Under the pieces are notes generated by a model. That model was not told where the DNA came from and ran no database searches. It saw only the letters and a program-made list of their open reading frames with translations. A stretch of 64,000 nucleotides of DNA from Candidatus Microgenomatus sp. (GTDB lineage: Bacteria; Patescibacteriota; Minisyncoccia; UBA6257; GWB1-50-10), in contig DYGI01000001.1 of the NCBI GenBank assembly GCA_020724805.1, positions 239,157 to 303,156 of the forward strand, written 5' to 3'. Below, one piece after another: positions 36,269-45,383 of the stretch. Position 1 is the first letter of the stretch, and each line of letters opens with the position of its first letter. A program made the translations under genes and the position numbers.

Positions 36269-38641
36269 ATGACCCCATTCACCATCATTTTTCTTGTGGT
36301 GCTCGCCGGTGCGGGCGTCGGTTTTTATTGGTGGACACGGAGGAATACGCGTCGGCGTCTTGCGGAAGGGCTTCGGAAGAAGTTGTTTCTTATCCGGTTT
36401 CCGCGTGCTACGGGAGAAAAAGCCGGAAATGCGGAAGAAGTGGCGCGCGCGGTCGCGCTTTCTGAGCAGTTGGTGACCGCGCTCGCGGTTCCCGGTGAGT
36501 CCATCACTTTTGAGATCGCGGTACCTTACGTAGGGGAAGAGATACATTTTTACGCAGCAGTTTCCCGCGGAATGGCAGAACCTTTTATTCGACAAGTGCA
36601 ATCGCTGTGGAGCGACGCACGGGTGGAACCGGCGGATGATTACAACGTGTTCCACTATGGAGGAACCGTCGCAGGCGTGACGCTTCGTGAATCTTCCCGC
36701 TTCCTTCTCCCGCTGCGTACCTATCGCGAGGTGGGCAGCGACACATTCCTTTCCATTCTCGGCGGTCTCACGAAAGTGAATGCAGTAGGAGAAGGGTGTG
36801 CCATACAGTATGTGGTGAGGCACGCTAAGAAAGACGCAAAGCGTGAACTTACTGGAGTGCGAAAGGGGCTAGAAAAGGGGATGCCGCTCTCACATTTTCT
36901 CGATGAAAAAAAAGCTGCGCTCGCCGATCTTAAACATGCGGTTGCACCCCAGAAGAAGGACGAGAAAAAAGGTGCACAGGAGCCGGTGCGCGATGAACGA
37001 GGGGAAAAGTTGGTGGAGAGCAAACTCTCGCGACCGCTCTTCGAAGTGAATGTGCGCGTGGTCGTTTCGGCGCCCACCCCTCACCGCGCGGAAGGGTTGC
37101 TTTCCGAGCTCACTACTGGCTTCACACAGTTCGACGTGCCGGAAAGGAATAGCTTCAAGTTGGTGAGACCGAAACAGATGAATACGTTCGTGCGCCAGTT
37201 TTCGTTCCGCGAATTTTCTCCGGAAGACGCCATGGTGTTGAATGCAGAAGAATTTGTGAGCATTTTCCACTTGCCGACTCCGTGGACCATACTTCCGCGC
37301 ATACGCATGGTGAAAAGCCGGGAAGCGCCACCGCCGGCGAAACTTCCTTCCCAGGGAATGCTCCTTGGGGAGAGCGTCTACCGTGGCGAGCGTCGTCCCG
37401 TAAAACTTGCGGACGAGGATCGCCGGCGTCATCTCTATCTCGTAGGGCAGACCGGCACCGGGAAAAGCACGCTCATCACCTCGCTTGCCGCGCAGGATAT
37501 GGCAAACGGGAAAGGGCTTGCGCTCATCGATCCTCATGGCGACTTGGTTGAGCGCCTTATGGCGCTTGTGCCGCCGGCGCGGATGAATGATGTGGTGGTA
37601 TTCGACCCATCCGACCTCGAACTTCCCGTAGGGGTGAACATGATAGAGCACGACCCCGCGAACCCGGAGCAAAAAACGTTCATTGTGAACGAGCTTCTTG
37701 GAATATTCGACAAACTCTACGATCTCAAAGCGACCGGAGGGCCGATGTTCGAACAATATATGAGAAATGCGCTTCTCCTTCTCATGGAAGATGCCGCGCA
37801 TGAACCCGCCACACTCATGGAAGTGCCGAGGGTATTCACCGACGGGGCGTGGCGCGCACAAAAACTTGCGCGTATCACAAATCCCACCGTGCAGGATTTC
37901 TGGGAGAAGGAAGCGGTAAAAGCGGGCGGCGAAGCGGCGCTTGCAAACATTACGCCTTACGTGACCTCGAAATTCGCAGCGTTCACCGCGAACGATTATA
38001 TGAGGGTCATTGTGGGCCAAACGCGCTCCGCATTCAATTTTCGGGAGCTTATGGACGGGGGAAAAATACTTTTTGTGAATTTGGCGAAAGGGAAAATAGG
38101 AGATCTCAACGCGTCGCTTCTCGGTATGATTATTGTGGGTAAGATCCTTATGGCAGCACTCTCCCGCGGAGACATGCAGGAGCAATCGCGCCGCGATTTC
38201 AACCTTTTCATCGACGAGTTCCAGAATTTCACCACCGATTCCATTGCAACCATTCTTTCGGAGGCGCGGAAGTATCGGTTGAATCTCACCATTGCCCACC
38301 AGTTTTTGGGTCAGCTTACCGAGAAGATCAGAGATGCGGTATTCGGCAACGTTGGTTCGCTTCTCGTGTTCCGCGTGGGGGCGCCGGATGCGGAGCTTTT
38401 GGCAAAACAGCTTGGCGGCGCATTCACTCCCGACGATCTTACCAACCTCGATAATTTTCGCGGCTCCCTGAAGCTTTTGGTGGATGGAGAAACCGCGCCT
38501 CCGTTCTCGCTTGCGCTTACGCCGGCGCTTCATGGAGACGACTCGCTTCGCACATCAATTAAAGAACGTTCCCGTACAAGATACGGGAGACCGCGCGAGG
38601 AAGTGGAGAGGGAAATACGGGAGCGGCTTCGGAAAATATGA
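36269..38641 (+). CDS. membrane-anchored T4SS-type ATPase (VirB4/TraG-VirD4-like, FtsK-HerA superfamily)
   Basis: 790 aa. N-terminal TM. About 350-aa unknown domain. Walker A LYLVGQTGTGKSTL. Walker B/TraG-D_C-like block NLFIDEFQNFTTD...ARKYRLNLTIAHQFLGQL. Confidence 0.75.
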   Translation: MTPFTIIFLVVLAGAGVGFYWWTRRNTRRRLAEGLRKKLFLIRFPRATGEKAGNAEEVARAVALSEQLVTALAVPGESITFEIAVPYVGEEIHFYAAVSRGMAEPFIRQVQSLWSDARVEPADDYNVFHYGGTVAGVTLRESSRFLLPLRTYREVGSDTFLSILGGLTKVNAVGEGCAIQYVVRHAKKDAKRELTGVRKGLEKGMPLSHFLDEKKAALADLKHAVAPQKKDEKKGAQEPVRDERGEKLVESKLSRPLFEVNVRVVVSAPTPHRAEGLLSELTTGFTQFDVPERNSFKLVRPKQMNTFVRQFSFREFSPEDAMVLNAEEFVSIFHLPTPWTILPRIRMVKSREAPPPAKLPSQGMLLGESVYRGERRPVKLADEDRRRHLYLVGQTGTGKSTLITSLAAQDMANGKGLALIDPHGDLVERLMALVPPARMNDVVVFDPSDLELPVGVNMIEHDPANPEQKTFIVNELLGIFDKLYDLKATGGPMFEQYMRNALLLLMEDAAHEPATLMEVPRVFTDGAWRAQKLARITNPTVQDFWEKEAVKAGGEAALANITPYVTSKFAAFTANDYMRVIVGQTRSAFNFRELMDGGKILFVNLAKGKIGDLNASLLGMIIVGKILMAALSRGDMQEQSRRDFNLFIDEFQNFTTDSIATILSEARKYRLNLTIAHQFLGQLTEKIRDAVFGNVGSLLVFRVGAPDAELLAKQLGGAFTPDDLTNLDNFRGSLKLLVDGETAPPFSLALTPALHGDDSLRTSIKERSRTRYGRPREEVEREIRERLRKI

Positions 38642-39354
38642 AGGTAGTGGTTGCAAACTGGAAAATGAATCCCGCAACGCCGCGGGAAGCAGTAAAACTC
38701 GCACGCGCCGAGGACAAGCTAAAGGTCATCGTCGCGCCTCCGTTCCCGTTCCTTGAGGATGTGGGGAGAGTGTTGAAGAGGGCGACGCTTGGCGCGCAGG
38801 ATGCATTTTGGATTTCCCGCGGCGCATATACCGGGGAAGTTTCAGTGCAACAGTTGAAGAGGCTTCGTGTATCCTACGTTATTGTCGGACACTCGGAGCG
38901 GCGCGCCCAAGGAGAAACGAACGGCATGGTCCGGAAAAAAGTAGAAGCGGTTCATGCCGCCGGCCTTACCCCGATACTTTGCGTGGGTGAGCCGTGGCCA
39001 GTGAGGAAAAAAGGGTTCGCGGCGGCGAAACGTTATGTAGCGCGCCAACTCCACGCAGCGCTTTCGGGTACCCGAAAAAAATTAATTGTGGCATACGAAC
39101 CTGTATGGGCCATTGGGTCTGGAAAAGCGGACAGTCCGGCGGAAGCGGCGGAGATGGCTGATTTTATAAAGGAGTTATTGATTGTGAGTTACCGGTCATC
39201 AGTGAAGGTTTTGTATGGAGGTTCGGTCACCCCGCGCAATGCTCGTGCATTTCTCAAGGCGCGAGCACTTGATGGAGCGTTGGTAGGGGGTGCGAGTTTG
39301 CGTCCGCGCGACTTTACCAAAATAATAAGCGCTATCAATGTCGCGAACCGTTAA
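38638..39354 (+). CDS. tpiA: triosephosphate isomerase
   Basis: VVANWKMN, VIVGHSERR, ILCVGE, YEPVWAIGSG motifs. Confidence 0.9.
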   Translation: MKVVVANWKMNPATPREAVKLARAEDKLKVIVAPPFPFLEDVGRVLKRATLGAQDAFWISRGAYTGEVSVQQLKRLRVSYVIVGHSERRAQGETNGMVRKKVEAVHAAGLTPILCVGEPWPVRKKGFAAAKRYVARQLHAALSGTRKKLIVAYEPVWAIGSGKADSPAEAAEMADFIKELLIVSYRSSVKVLYGGSVTPRNARAFLKARALDGALVGGASLRPRDFTKIISAINVANR

Positions 39355-40045
39355 ACAATTCATATACGGAGCGGGGTATCTCATGTTTGTCGCGCTCATC
39401 GTAATCGCAGCGCTCCCTTCGCGGGAACCCGAACCGGCGGCGACCACTCCGAATGCGGGGTCGTTTCGTCAGCTCGAGATGCGCGGACCAGTGACTGTTA
39501 TGACCGCTGCGGACGGAAATGTCGCATTGCTTGCGCGCGTGCGGAATCCGAACGAAACCTATCTCGCCGCGCCTTTTTCATATTCGTTTCGCGTGACAGG
39601 GAATGGTGGAGCGGGGATGACCACGCCGGTTCGTACCGAAACGCTGTATCCGCTCGAGACCTCCGCAATTTTGGAGATCGTTCCATCACCGACGTTCACG
39701 GAAGACTCCGAAGTCGCTCTTTTGTTGGGAAACCCCACATGGGCCGGTATTGAGTTTTCGCTTCGTCCTTCTCTCGCGCTAAGAAATGTGGCCACCCGCG
39801 TGGACAGCATCGGCCTTTTGGTGGAGGGAACGGTGACGAACGCCGGGGCAGTTGCGGCGTCACGCGCGCGAATACTTGCGATAGTGAACGACGCGAACGG
39901 TTTTCCTCTTTTTGCGGCGCAGACCGTGCTCGAGAATCTTGCGGGAGGTGCCTCACGAGATTTTTTCATCCGTTTTCCCCGCGATGAAGGACTTGCAACG
40001 CGCGCGCTGCCCGACAAAACCGAAATTCTCATTTACGCGCAATGA
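39338..40045 (+). CDS. hypothetical membrane-anchored protein
   Basis: N-terminal TM YLMFVALIVIAAL then beta-rich region. Overlaps tpiA end and ftsW start (operon packing). Confidence 0.45.
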   Translation: MSRTVKQFIYGAGYLMFVALIVIAALPSREPEPAATTPNAGSFRQLEMRGPVTVMTAADGNVALLARVRNPNETYLAAPFSYSFRVTGNGGAGMTTPVRTETLYPLETSAILEIVPSPTFTEDSEVALLLGNPTWAGIEFSLRPSLALRNVATRVDSIGLLVEGTVTNAGAVAASRARILAIVNDANGFPLFAAQTVLENLAGGASRDFFIRFPRDEGLATRALPDKTEILIYAQ

Positions 40046-41121
40046 TAAAATACCCTTTCCGCGCGCTTGATTGGCGCATGATGGTGGCTCTTTTTGTTAT
40101 TGTGGGTGCAAGTGCAACCACGCTCGCTTCCATCGCTCCCGATTTCCTTCTTCGCCAGATCCTGTGGTATGCATTGGCGCTCCTTGTGATTGGCGTAGGG
40201 GCAATAGTGGATTGGCGCTGGCTTGGCGGGGAACGTTGGTTTCGTCTCGGCTTGTATTGGTTCGCGCTTTTCCTACTCGTGGCGACCCATCTTCAAGGTA
40301 CCGTCATTCGCGGTACCACAAGCTGGCTCGTAGTAGGAGGGTTTCAGTTCGAACCTTCAGAACTTATGAAGCTGGCGCTTATTGTGCTCCTCGCGCATTT
40401 TTTTGCGCGGCGGCATCTTGAAGCATGGCGGGGGAGGAACATTCTTTTCTCGCTGGTCGCGGTGGGCGTTCCGGTTTCGCTTATCATGGCGCATCCCGAC
40501 CTTGGTTCCGCACTGATGGTGTTCACGATATGGGTGGGAATATTTCTTGCGAGCGGCATTCATATAAAACGATTTTTGATTGGAGTCGGACTCGCGTGTA
40601 TCGGCGTGGCGCTTCTTTGGAGTTTTGTGTTTGCGCCATATCAGAAAGCCCGCATCACCGGGTTTTTATTCCCGGAGCGTGACCCGCTCGGCACGAGTTA
40701 CAATGTCATTCAATCAAAGATAGCGGTGGGCTCCGCTGGTTGGTTGGGAAAAGGATTCGGAGGAAGTACCCAAGCGCGTCTCGGGTTTCTTCCCGCAGCA
40801 CACAATGATTTTCTTTTTGCGGCGTTCGCGGAAGAATGGGGTGCACTCGGTGCGCTTATTCTTATTGCGGCGTATCTCGTGCTCCTCGCGCGAATTCTTT
40901 CGATTGGCGCCCGCGCACGCGACAATTATTCTCGATTCCTTTCTATAGGGGTTGCAACACTTTTTCTCGCGCAATTTTTTGTGAATGTGGGATCGAATGT
41001 GGGGCTTTTGCCGGTCACCGGACTCACATTTCCTTTCTTTAGTTATGGGGGATCGAGCCTCTTGACGTCGGCCTTGCTCCTCGGTATCATTCAACATATT
41101 CACGTTGAGTCCTCAAGGTAA
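40042..41121 (+). CDS. SEDS-family peptidoglycan glycosyltransferase (FtsW/RodA)
   Basis: About 10 TM helices. Motifs GGFQFEPSELMK, PAAHNDFLFAAFAEEWG, FFSYGGSS. Confidence 0.85.
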   Translation: MIKYPFRALDWRMMVALFVIVGASATTLASIAPDFLLRQILWYALALLVIGVGAIVDWRWLGGERWFRLGLYWFALFLLVATHLQGTVIRGTTSWLVVGGFQFEPSELMKLALIVLLAHFFARRHLEAWRGRNILFSLVAVGVPVSLIMAHPDLGSALMVFTIWVGIFLASGIHIKRFLIGVGLACIGVALLWSFVFAPYQKARITGFLFPERDPLGTSYNVIQSKIAVGSAGWLGKGFGGSTQARLGFLPAAHNDFLFAAFAEEWGALGALILIAAYLVLLARILSIGARARDNYSRFLSIGVATLFLAQFFVNVGSNVGLLPVTGLTFPFFSYGGSSLLTSALLLGIIQHIHVESSR

Positions 41122-41140
41122 ACAAGGAGGGAGGGTTGGT

Positions 41141-42172
41141 TTGCGCTTTCTTTTTTCACTAAGCGCATGCCTCATCCTTCTCACAGGAGTCGCGTATTTT
41201 TTTTACGGTCTCCAGCCTGTGGCTACCGAATTCTCGCAGAATATAGAACGTGCGAGGGAAGAAGGGGAAACGCGTGAAGGAACGGTGGTCAAATTTACAA
41301 TTGCAAAAGGGGAAGGATTTCGAGAAATTGGCGGAAAGCTTTCACAAGCCGACCTCGTCCGCTCACTCTCCGTATTCAAGCTGTATGCACTTCTTGCCGG
41401 ACGCGCGCAGAGATTTCAACCGGGCGTCTACGAACTTTCTCCGGCAATGAGCGTACCGAACATCGTATCGGTGCTTACGGCGGGGAGCCAGGGCGATGTG
41501 TTGGTCACAATCCCTGAAGGCTCGTCCTTGAAGGATATAGACGGAATCCTTGCCGAATCGGGAGTGATACGGAAGGGGGCGCTTACAGCCTTGAGGCCGG
41601 AATCGTTCGTGCTGGAATTCCCGCTCCTCGCACGCGTGACCTCGCTTGAAGGCGTGCTCTTCCCCGACACGTATTACTTTACGGTTGATTCGACGGCAGA
41701 ATCGGTGGCGCGGCGAATGCTTGAAAATTTCATGCGGAAGGGAATGCCGCTTGTCGAAGATGAGACCGATTGGTATGAAGCGGTAATCCTCGCCTCACTC
41801 CTTGAACGAGAGGTGATCACCTTTGCCGACAGGCAGATAGTGGCAGGGATACTCTTGAAGCGCATCCGGATAGGCATCCCACTCCAAGTGGATGCGACCA
41901 TAAGCTATGCAAAATGTGCTGGAAGCTATCGTGAGTGCGAAAATGTGAAAATTGCCCGGAGCGATCTTGGATTTCCATCTCCTTATAACACATACACCCA
42001 CCGCGGATTTCCTCCCACTCCAATCGCAAACCCGGGAAGCGCCACATTGAGAGCCGCAGCGGAACCGGTAGCGAGCCCCTACCTTTACTATCTTTCTGCA
42101 TCAGGCACACAAGAAACGATTTTTTCACGAACCCTTGATGAACATAACGCGAATCGAGCGAGATACCTCTAA
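41141..42172 (+). CDS. mltG: endolytic murein transglycosylase MltG (YceG-like)
   Basis: TTG start after SD GGAGGGAGG (an alternative TTG at 41105 overlaps ftsW). TM then YceG motifs GVYELSP...LEREV...ISYAK...YNTYT. Confidence 0.8.
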   Translation: MRFLFSLSACLILLTGVAYFFYGLQPVATEFSQNIERAREEGETREGTVVKFTIAKGEGFREIGGKLSQADLVRSLSVFKLYALLAGRAQRFQPGVYELSPAMSVPNIVSVLTAGSQGDVLVTIPEGSSLKDIDGILAESGVIRKGALTALRPESFVLEFPLLARVTSLEGVLFPDTYYFTVDSTAESVARRMLENFMRKGMPLVEDETDWYEAVILASLLEREVITFADRQIVAGILLKRIRIGIPLQVDATISYAKCAGSYRECENVKIARSDLGFPSPYNTYTHRGFPPTPIANPGSATLRAAAEPVASPYLYYLSASGTQETIFSRTLDEHNANRARYL

Positions 42173-42187
42173 CCATTAAGAGCACTC

Positions 42188-45100
42188 ATGGGATATAAAC
42201 CCAAAACATTTTCGTCCTATCAAGGACACGCGTACCCGTTGCCGAATCTCGTGGAAATACAGACGAGGTCGTACGATTGGTTCCTTCGTGAAGGGCTTCG
42301 CGAGCTTCTGGATGAAATCTCGCCCATTAGTGACCACACAGGTGGAGAGCTCGAACTCCACTTCATGGACTATCATTTCGACGAGCCGAAGTACACGGAA
42401 GAGCAGGCGAAAGAAAAGGACCAGACCTACGAAGCGGCGCTCAGAGTGAAACTCAAGTTGGTGCATGTGGGGACGAAGCATGCGGAGGTGCAGGAAGTGT
42501 ATCTCGGCGATTTCCCGCTCATGACCGAGCAGGGAACTTTCATTATCAACGGTGTGGAGCGCGTCGTAGTTTCCCAACTTGTGCGCAGTCCCGGCGTGTA
42601 TTTTTCGGCGAACGTGTTCCGTGGCAAGAAACTGTTCGGCGCGAAAGTTATCCCGAACCGCGGCGCGTGGTTGGAATTCGAGACCGAATCAGACGGATTC
42701 ATCGGAGTGAAGGTTGACCGGAAGCGCAAAGCTCCCGTGACCCAACTTCTCCGGGTGTTCGGGTTTGAAACGGTCGAAGAAATCCTCCAAGAGTTTAAAG
42801 ATGTGGACACGGGAACGGTGCGCCACCTTGAAGCAACGCTCAAAAAAGATGAGGCAGAAACGCGCGCGGACGCGTTCGTGGGAGTTCACCACCGGCTCCG
42901 CCCGGGCGATCTTACCACCGCAGAGAACGCGAAATCGTTCGTGGAATCCATCTTTTTCCGGTTCGACCGATACGACCTTTCGCGCGTCGGGCGCTTTAAA
43001 TTGAATCAGCGGCTTGCCTTCACCAAAAAAGAGGGGGGCCTTATGGATAAGGAGGACCTGGTGGCTATCTTGAAGGAAATAATCCGTTTGAATAATACCC
43101 CCGATGCGGAACCGGACGATATCGACCACCTTGGAAATCGCCGCATTCGTGCGGTCGGAGAACTTGTGCAATCCCGTCTCCGTGTGGGATTTGCCCGCCT
43201 GCGGCGCGGTGTGCAGGACCGCATGTCCACTTTGGACCGCAAGACGCTCCAGCCGGTCCAGCTCGTGAACTATAAATTGCTCACCTCCGTGGTGCGTGAC
43301 TTTTTCTCGTCCTCGCAGCTTTCGCAATTCATGGACCAGGTGAACCCGCTTGCGGAGCTTGAACACAAGCGCCGCCTTTCCGCGATGGGACCAGGTGGTC
43401 TTACCCGTGAAAGAGCGGGATTCGAAGTGCGCGACGTACACCCTTCGTACTACGGACGTATTTGTCCCATTCAGACCCCGGAAGGCGCGAATATCGGGCT
43501 TGTGTCCGCGCTCGCAAGCTACACGCGCGTGAACGAATTCGGATTTTTGGAAACGCCGTATTACAAAGTAGAAAAAGGAACGGTGACGAAGGACATCGTA
43601 TGGCTCGACGCGTTCGAGGAACAACAAGTGAACATTGCGCAGGCCGACACGCTGCGTGACGAACATGGGAAGTTTCGTGAAGCGGTGGTGCCTGCGCGGG
43701 TGAGAGGAGAAGCCGGTACCTGCAAGCGCGACGAGATAGATTATGTGGATGTATCGCCCACACAACTTGCTTCAGTATCCACGTCGCTCATCCCGTTCCT
43801 TGAACACGATGACGCAAACCGCGCACTCATGGGCTCCAACATGCAACGCCAAGCGGTACCGTCACTGCGCCCGCAGGCGCCTTTGGTAGGCACCGGCGAA
43901 GAGGAGCGCGCGGCGCGCGATTCACAGCGTGTAATTGTGGCGCAGGCAGAGGGAGTGGTGACGGAAGCGGATGCAACCGGTATCACGATAAAAACCGCGA
44001 AAGGAATCGAAAAACATCCGCTCATCAATTTCGTGCGCTCGAATGCGACTACCTGTCTCTCGCAACGACCCCTCGTTACCGTGGGAGACAAGGTAAAAAA
44101 AGGGACGCCGCTCGCGGACGGTCCCGCGACCGAAAATGGCGTTCTCGCCCTTGGGCAAAATCTTTTGGTGGCATTCCTCCCGTGGCGCGGGAGAAACTTC
44201 GAGGACGCTATCATTCTTTCCGAGCGCGTAGCGATGGAGGATCGCTTTACTTCCATTCACATCGAAACCTTCGTGTGTTCGGTGCGAGAGACGAAGATAG
44301 GTCCGGAGATAACCACTATGGACATTCCGAACGTTGCGGAAGACAAGCTTCGTAACTTGGACGAGGAAGGTATCGTGCGCATCGGCGCTGAGGTGCGCCC
44401 CGGCGACATACTTGTAGGCAAGATCTCGCCCAAAGGGGAGTCTGAGCTTACCTCCGAGGAGCGTTTGCTTCGTGCAATTTTCGGCGAAAAGGCGCGTGAC
44501 GTGAAGGACACTTCACTCACGCTTCCGCACGGAAAACAAGGACGGGTCATCGGCATTAAAATTTTCTCGCGCGAACGGGGGGACAAACTCGAGCCCGGCA
44601 TCATTAAGAAGGTGCAGATTGAGGTGGCGCAGCTCCGTAAGGTGCGTGCGGGCGATAAGCTCGCGGGTCGCCACGGGAACAAGGGCGTAATCTCACAGAT
44701 CCGTCCGGTGGAAGATATGCCTCACCTCGCGGACGGTACTCCGGTGGATGTTATTTTGAACCCGCTCGGGGTCGCCTCGCGCATGAACTTAGGACAAATA
44801 TTGGAAACTCATCTCGGATTTGCCGCACAGAAGCTCGGGTACCACGCCGCCGTGCCGAATTTTGTGGGCGCGACCGAGGAAGATATACGTACGGAACTCA
44901 GAGCAGCGGGAATCCGTGAGGATGGAAAGTCGGAATTGTGGGATGGGGTAACGGGCGAGAAATTCAAAGACCCCGTGACCGTCGGCATCATCTACGTCAT
45001 GAAGCTCCATCACCTTGTGGAGGACAAAATCCACATGCGTTCCACCGGTCCTTACTCGCTCATTACCCAGCAGCCTTTGGGAGGGAAAGCGCAGCTTGGA

Positions 45101-45379
45101 GGTCAGCGCTTCGGAGAAATGGAAGTGTGGGCACTCGAAGGGTATGGGGCGGCACACACGCTCCAGGAAATGTTGACCATTAAATCGGACGACGTGCTTG
45201 GTCGCTCGGCGGCGTTCGAATCCATCATTCGCGGGTCGGATATCAAAAAACCGAACGTGCCGGCATCTTTCAGCGTACTCGTGTCGGAGTTGAAGGCTCT
45301 CGGACTTTCTATCGGATATGAAACAGAGGAAGGCGCGCCGTCGGACGAACTTCCTGAGGGGATCACTGATGTCACTTAA
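42188..45379 (+). CDS. rpoB: DNA-directed RNA polymerase subunit beta
   Basis: 1063 aa. Conserved RpoB blocks throughout (e.g. [33 protein letters not shown]-like, [21 protein letters not shown]). Confidence 0.97.
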   Translation: [1063 protein letters not shown]

Positions 45380-45383
45380 ATCT

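Noticed and set aside
36890-38533. 547-aa minus-strand ORF
   Set aside because: Entirely antisense to the well-supported VirB4/TraG-like ATPase. Arg/His-rich composition typical of GC-rich antisense frames. No motif.
42689-43765. 358-aa minus-strand ORF, plus 43741-44256 and 44789-45457 minus ORFs
   Set aside because: Antisense to rpoB, whose identity is unambiguous.
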